Assembly (NCBI RefSeq): GCF_008000775.2
Contig: NZ_CP042905.2
Coordinates: 1,230,001 to 1,262,000, forward strand
DNA length: 32,000 nt
Source of the DNA: Promethearchaeum syntrophicum
GTDB lineage: Archaea; Asgardarchaeota; Lokiarchaeia; Sigyniarchaeales; Promethearchaeaceae
Direction: 5' to 3'
Of the stretch, positions 27,192-32,000 are shown piece by piece. Both the position numbers and the translations under genes were made by a program. The notes under the pieces were generated by a model that ran no database searches, was not told where the DNA came from, and saw only the letters and a list, made by a program, of their open reading frames with translations. Each line of letters opens with the position of its first letter. Positions within the stretch are counted from its first letter, which is position 1.

Positions 27192-28907
27192 ATGAAGATG
27201 CCTCATAATGATAAAGATGCCTTAGATTCTTATAAAAAGTGGGCTATTGACAATAAATCTTCTTGGATTTCAGATCAAATGCAAGATTTCATTCCTCATT
27301 CTATGAAAAATGCAATAGATCTCGCAAAACGAAATTTTGGAGAGATTTTATCATTTCAAAATGATAGAGATTTAAAAGAGAAGCTTGGTAAAATATTTGA
27401 AGAAACAACTAAAAAATATAATGCATTTACAGAAAAAGCCAAAAATCACCTTGAGGTTTTTTATCAAAATGGTTTAGGAATTGAAATTGCCCATCAACCT
27501 AAATTTCTCGGCGGAGAACGATTTGTGTATAACAAATTATCTTGTGGTGCAATGTTTGCCCAACAGGAAGATAAGTTTTTTCCATTCTTTTACAATGCAG
27601 ATTATGATAAAGTTCATCCCGAATTAATAAAAACTCATTTTCCTTTATACAATTCTAAATCGGGATATTCTTCCTCGATTTCGGCTTCTCAAGAGATTGA
27701 ATACAATGAGGCAAGAATTAAAGATTTGCCCTTACCAACAGAAGAAGAAATCAACAATTATTTAGAGAATATTAAACAGAAATATCTATTCTCAATTAAG
27801 GCAATTGTAGAAAACAAATGGCAACAAAAACTCATTGAAGAACGATTTGAAACTACTTCGCACATAATCAAATCAAGTTGGGCTAAATCTAAAGAATATC
27901 CCGATTTATTTGTCAATATAATTAGTAATTTTTCAAATATTGTATATAACCAAGGATTTCTTTTCCTTTCAGCTAGTGATCCAAGATACAAACAGCTACT
28001 AATCCCCCAATATGAATTTTTATTAAAAAATCAAGAAAAATACTTTGCCAATTACGATACAATTAGAAATAAATTCTTCCAGCTTGGTATCAATCCACCT
28101 TTAAGGGAAATTAAACCAGATTTAATCCCATTCTTTTATGAGTGCCAAAATCCGAACTGCTTCCATCAACGAATTCAACTTTATTACGAATCACGTGGAT
28201 CCAAAATATTAATGAAAGGAATTTGTCCTAAATGTAAAACACCGATAGAATTTGAAGCAGATATTAATCATCCCGATTTATCCGATATCGGATTAAATCT
28301 CACCCCTCGAGTTGAATCTCGCCAAAATCTTGTATCTAGCACAATTCCGATTGGAATACATGTAGCTGGAACTGGAGAAGCGCGTTATTATACAATGGGA
28401 ATTCCAATTTTTAAAAATATCAATCCTGAAATAATTCTTCCCGTTATTTATTTCTATAATAAGACCACAATGAATACAGTGATTACCAGAAATCTGGAAC
28501 AAAAACTTATTGATCTTCAAATACCGGCATTTTTGGATAATTTAAAAATACTAATGAAATATACTGGAAAATTCAATAAACTATGTAAAAAGCAAGAAAA
28601 TGAACAAGAATTTTCAAACAGGAAAGAAAAAGCAATAGAATTTCTAAAAGAAGTAAAAAATTATCAAATTAAATTAGAAGAAGCGTGCAATCAATATATC
28701 AAAGAAAATCCAAACTCTCCAGATTCAAAATTAGTATTATATTACTTAAGTAATATGTTTGGAAAAATATCAAAAGAAAAACACGGCCAAGAGGCCGTCT
28801 TTAATTGGATAGATTTAAGTATTAAAAATGGTTTAACTCATATTTTAGATGATTATAAAAGACTTTACAGGCCTTGGCTTCCTCCCGGAATGGAGATTAT
28901 GTTTTAA
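27192..28907 (+). CDS. Divergent BshC-like protein (putative cysteine/amino-acid ligase) with zinc-ribbon-like insertion
   Basis: IEIAHQPKFLGGERFVYNKLSCGAMFAQQEDKFFPFFYNADYDKVH parallels the BshC nucleotide-binding start; RVESRQNLVSSTIPIGIHVAGTGEARYYTMGIPIFK parallels the BshC RPxxQDxxLPxxxYxxGPxExxY region. Adjacent to a PIG-L deacetylase. Confidence 0.65.
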   Translation: MKMPHNDKDALDSYKKWAIDNKSSWISDQMQDFIPHSMKNAIDLAKRNFGEILSFQNDRDLKEKLGKIFEETTKKYNAFTEKAKNHLEVFYQNGLGIEIAHQPKFLGGERFVYNKLSCGAMFAQQEDKFFPFFYNADYDKVHPELIKTHFPLYNSKSGYSSSISASQEIEYNEARIKDLPLPTEEEINNYLENIKQKYLFSIKAIVENKWQQKLIEERFETTSHIIKSSWAKSKEYPDLFVNIISNFSNIVYNQGFLFLSASDPRYKQLLIPQYEFLLKNQEKYFANYDTIRNKFFQLGINPPLREIKPDLIPFFYECQNPNCFHQRIQLYYESRGSKILMKGICPKCKTPIEFEADINHPDLSDIGLNLTPRVESRQNLVSSTIPIGIHVAGTGEARYYTMGIPIFKNINPEIILPVIYFYNKTTMNTVITRNLEQKLIDLQIPAFLDNLKILMKYTGKFNKLCKKQENEQEFSNRKEKAIEFLKEVKNYQIKLEEACNQYIKENPNSPDSKLVLYYLSNMFGKISKEKHGQEAVFNWIDLSIKNGLTHILDDYKRLYRPWLPPGMEIMF

Positions 28908-28977
28908 AATTTCAAAGTTTTAAAGTGATAAAAATGGAATTAGCTTAGCAATGATTAATATCTTCGCAAAAGAGAAT

Positions 28978-29940
28978 ATGGAAAAAGACTATTGGGATCT
29001 CCCCGCGACCTATGATGGCCCTAAATTTGATGCTCACACACATATCTGGGACATTAAGCTAGCAGAGAAACATCTAAAATATGCTGAGGCTTTTAACATT
29101 CAAAAGATTATGGCAATTTTAGATGAAGATGTCGCGGGGAGATTGTCTCCAGATTTACATGATAGATTTATTTTTGCTAGGTTTCTCCGTAGTCAAAATA
29201 TGTTAAGTAATAATTCCAATGATATGGCTGATATGGTGGATGAATATTATTCTCAAGGTTATTCTATTATCAAATTTTGGTTTGCTCCTCGGTGGCGGGA
29301 TTATGTGGAACAAGAACTAAAGATCCCCGTTGATACAATAAAGTTATCCAGCTCTCTCTTTGAACCTATTTATACACGAATCGAGGATTTAGGGTTAATT
29401 TTTCTTATTCATAACAGTGATCCTGACCTTTGGTATGAAAAAAAATACCAACCAGAATCAAAATACGGTTCAAAGAAGAATCATCTTCAAGATCTTGAAA
29501 ATGTGCTACAATCTCATCCCAAAATGAAAGTTCTAGGAGCACATTTTGCTGCTCAACCTGAACATTTAGAAAATCTTGGGAGATGGTTTGATACATATCC
29601 TAATTTTTACGTGGATGCAAGCTCAGCTCGGTGGATGGCTAGAGAATTTTCGCGAAGAAAATCTAAAATTATTCCCTTCTTTAAACGATATTCTGATAGA
29701 ATTTTATGGGGGACTGATCTATCTTTTGGGGGTCAGGCTCGAAACAATATCCCCAAATATTATTTCACGCGATATTTAACATACCAGGTGTTATTGGAAA
29801 GTAATCTACAAGGAGTGCCTCTTTCTTTTCCTGATCCCGAAAATACTTCAGGAACGAATATAAATGGACTGGATCTCCCATTAGAAATCCTTGAAAAAAT
29901 CTATTGGAAAAATGCGGAGAAATTCTTTAAGAAAATCTAA
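28978..29940 (+). CDS. Amidohydrolase family (TIM-barrel) protein
   Basis: GPKFDAHTHIWD, LGLIFLIHNSDPD, MKVLGAHFAAQPEHLENLGRWFDTYPNFYVDASS, DRILWGTDLSFGG. Track start 28951; M at 28978 also plausible. Confidence 0.87.
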   Translation: MEKDYWDLPATYDGPKFDAHTHIWDIKLAEKHLKYAEAFNIQKIMAILDEDVAGRLSPDLHDRFIFARFLRSQNMLSNNSNDMADMVDEYYSQGYSIIKFWFAPRWRDYVEQELKIPVDTIKLSSSLFEPIYTRIEDLGLIFLIHNSDPDLWYEKKYQPESKYGSKKNHLQDLENVLQSHPKMKVLGAHFAAQPEHLENLGRWFDTYPNFYVDASSARWMAREFSRRKSKIIPFFKRYSDRILWGTDLSFGGQARNNIPKYYFTRYLTYQVLLESNLQGVPLSFPDPENTSGTNINGLDLPLEILEKIYWKNAEKFFKKI

Positions 29941-29945
29941 TATTT

Positions 29946-31481
29946 TTAGGATAAAGTCTCTAAAAATTCTTTAGTCACATTTTTTGAATGCAACATTGTC
30001 CCTGGTAATCCACCTGCAGTTTTATCACTCTGAGAGCCAATGAACCATAGTCCTTTAATGGGAGTTTTATGAGGGGCCCCTGATTTTCCCATAATTGGAG
30101 CTCTTCCCCCAAATGCATGATGAGATTGATGGGTTCGAATTCTGAAATCTGCAGGAGTCATAATTTCCTTAACTAAGATATGTTCTCGTAAGTTTGGGAT
30201 CACTTTTTCTGCTTCAATTAACAATTTTTCAGAGAATTCATCTCGTCTTTCATTCCATGTTCCATGATCCAACTTATTGGGTGCAATAGTATATATAGTC
30301 ATAGCAAATTTTCCTTCTGGAGCCATTTCAGGAGAATGAAGGGAAGGAACATAAATAAGAAATCCGTCTTTTCCTTCATGATATACACCCTGCCGACAAC
30401 GAATCACTGCGCCTTCAACGTCGTTTGTTCCAATATAATAGCATAAGGCAGCACGTTGAAATTTACGAGGATCAAGATCAATTCCGAGATGAATCATATG
30501 AACCGATTCCATTAAGGGAATATCGATAATTTTATCAACGTAAGCAGGAGGAAGTCTGTCTTTTCCAACATTGTTAAAGAAAAATTCTTTCGCCCCTCCA
30601 CTTGCAAAAATTGCATCAGCAGTTATTTCATTTCCATTACGTAATCGAATACCTTGAACTCTATTTTTTTGAATAAGAAGTCGCTCTACTGGGGAATTCA
30701 CATAGATTTTTCCTCCATGAGCCAGAATATACTCTTCAAATACGTGTACAAGTTTTTCCATTCCCCCGAGAATATAGTGATAACTTGGGCGTGGTCCAGC
30801 AGATGTAATTTGAAGAGGTACGCGAATATCAAACGCATTTTCGTTATTAATAATCGGAAGACCTAACGCTGGAAATTCTGATGGTTTAGTTACAAAATCT
30901 GCTAGAAGACCGAGAAAAACTCCTTTAATTGCATCAGTATCAAAATATTCGTTCATTATCTGTGCTGCTGACATTGATTTTTTATCCTTAACATGTTGAA
31001 ATAAGAATAACATGCGAATTTTTAACAACAGTTTTCCAATTCCAGTAGCAGTATCAATGCGGCGAGAAATCGCCATTAAATCTGATACTCTTTCTCTAAA
31101 TTGATAATATTTAATTAAACTATCCCTTTCTTCAGGAAATAACTCTATTAATTTATCTCTTCTCCAAAACTGGCCAAAATATTTTTTCGGTTTCCAAAGA
31201 TCGAACTCTGGCATAACTAAACCTCGATCTGATTGTAAAAATTGTACTTGATCATAGATCCCCAGATCAACTAAGATGTTTCCTGCTGGTTCGTCTCGAA
31301 GAAAATCTTGAACGAGCATTGGACCTAGATCCCAACTAAAACCTTCTTTAGAGAATGTCGCAGTGACTCCACCAATTTTTGGAAATTGTTCAAAAATCTT
31401 AACTTCATAACCTGCTTGAGTTAAATAAGCTCCCGCAGTTAACCCTGCCATACCAGCGCCTATTATAATTATTTTTTTCAT
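29946..31481 (-). CDS. FAD-dependent oxidoreductase, phytoene desaturase/CrtI-like
   Basis: KKIIIIGAGMAGLTAGAYLTQAGYEVKIFEQFPKIGGVTATFSKEGFSWDLG dinucleotide-binding start and C-terminal GLWFIGSQSDKTAGGLPGTMLHSKNV. Confidence 0.9.
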   Translation of the reverse strand: MKKIIIIGAGMAGLTAGAYLTQAGYEVKIFEQFPKIGGVTATFSKEGFSWDLGPMLVQDFLRDEPAGNILVDLGIYDQVQFLQSDRGLVMPEFDLWKPKKYFGQFWRRDKLIELFPEERDSLIKYYQFRERVSDLMAISRRIDTATGIGKLLLKIRMLFLFQHVKDKKSMSAAQIMNEYFDTDAIKGVFLGLLADFVTKPSEFPALGLPIINNENAFDIRVPLQITSAGPRPSYHYILGGMEKLVHVFEEYILAHGGKIYVNSPVERLLIQKNRVQGIRLRNGNEITADAIFASGGAKEFFFNNVGKDRLPPAYVDKIIDIPLMESVHMIHLGIDLDPRKFQRAALCYYIGTNDVEGAVIRCRQGVYHEGKDGFLIYVPSLHSPEMAPEGKFAMTIYTIAPNKLDHGTWNERRDEFSEKLLIEAEKVIPNLREHILVKEIMTPADFRIRTHQSHHAFGGRAPIMGKSGAPHKTPIKGLWFIGSQSDKTAGGLPGTMLHSKNVTKEFLETLS

Positions 31482-31642
31482 ACATCCAACTTCTATATTC
31501 TAAAAACCTATGATATTAAGGATTTTTTCCTTCTAATTGCTTATAAAATGCGATTAATACTTTAATAAACATTGGAATAGAACTAAATACTCCAAAAATG
31601 TGAAAACGCTACTATTATAAAGCTCAAAACAGAAGATAGTGT

Positions 31643-32000
31643 ATGAGTGATGTACAGATTGAAAATAAAAATGATTTGAAATTTGACTATTCACGCTGGA
31701 CCCATATAAGTTTTGGTGCTCGTGACTTGTTTAGCCAATGGCATACAGCAGCTTTCGGAGCGTATACTATTTTCTTTTATGAATCAGTTATCGGATTATC
31801 GGGAGGATATGCTATTGCTGCCTTTTTGATCTTTGCGATTTGGAATGCAATTAACGACCCATTGATGGGTTATTTAATGGAAAAATTCATCATGCCTTGG
31901 GAAAAGAAATGGGGATTTCGAAGATTTCCATGGATAATAATCGGAAGTGTGGCATTTATCTTTTCTTATTTGATAATTTTTCTAGTACCTTCAGGATGGT
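31643..32000 (+). CDS. GPH/MelB-family MFS transporter, N-terminal part, truncated by window edge
   Basis: Direct translation: MSDVQIENKNDLKFDYSRWTHISFGARDLFSQWHTAAFGAYTIFFYESVIGLSGGYAIAAFLIFAIWNAINDPLMGYLMEKF... Confidence 0.82.
   Translation, partial: MSDVQIENKNDLKFDYSRWTHISFGARDLFSQWHTAAFGAYTIFFYESVIGLSGGYAIAAFLIFAIWNAINDPLMGYLMEKFIMPWEKKWGFRRFPWIIIGSVAFIFSYLIIFLVPSGW

Noticed and set aside
27758-28520. Minus-strand ORFs inside the BshC-like gene
   Set aside because: Antisense shadows with no recognisable features.
30135-30165. GGTTCGAATTC resembling a tRNA T-loop
   Set aside because: Inside the CrtI-like CDS with no acceptor or anticodon arm around it; coincidental.
1-32000. CRISPR array, insertion sequence, prophage or retron-type elements
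   Set aside because: No regularly spaced direct repeats, transposase, integrase or reverse transcriptase motifs were seen on reading either strand.

Overview
AT-rich, gene-dense archaeal chromosomal window. It carries a near-complete minus-strand A/V-type ATP synthase operon, an LSm-L37e gene pair, an MCT-1/Tma20-like PUA protein and a SIRT6/7-like sirtuin; together these suggest an Asgard-type archaeon (inference only). The ATPase operon spans ~1-7928 in transcription order K-C-X-F-E-A-B-D-I, with I running off the left edge. X is an unassigned lysine-rich coiled-coil protein that is a candidate H/G peripheral-stalk subunit. Other genes include a DUF47/PhoU-like plus VIT1/CCC1-like pair, UDP-sugar dehydrogenase, NAD-dependent epimerase, an Eco57I/TaqI-class adenine methyltransferase without a visible nuclease, a SAM methyltransferase, a LysE exporter, three GPH/MelB-family MFS transporters, an AhpD-like protein, a PHP phosphoesterase, and a membrane protein with a RING/treble-clef-like Cys module and a possible C-terminal winged helix. 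The most interesting locus is 25558-29940 (+): GT2 glycosyltransferase, PIG-L deacetylase, a divergent BshC-like ligase with a Zn-ribbon-like insertion, and an amidohydrolase. It resembles a rewired bacillithiol-type (BshA/B/C) pathway. No CRISPR array, rRNA, convincing tRNA or insertion sequence was recognised.
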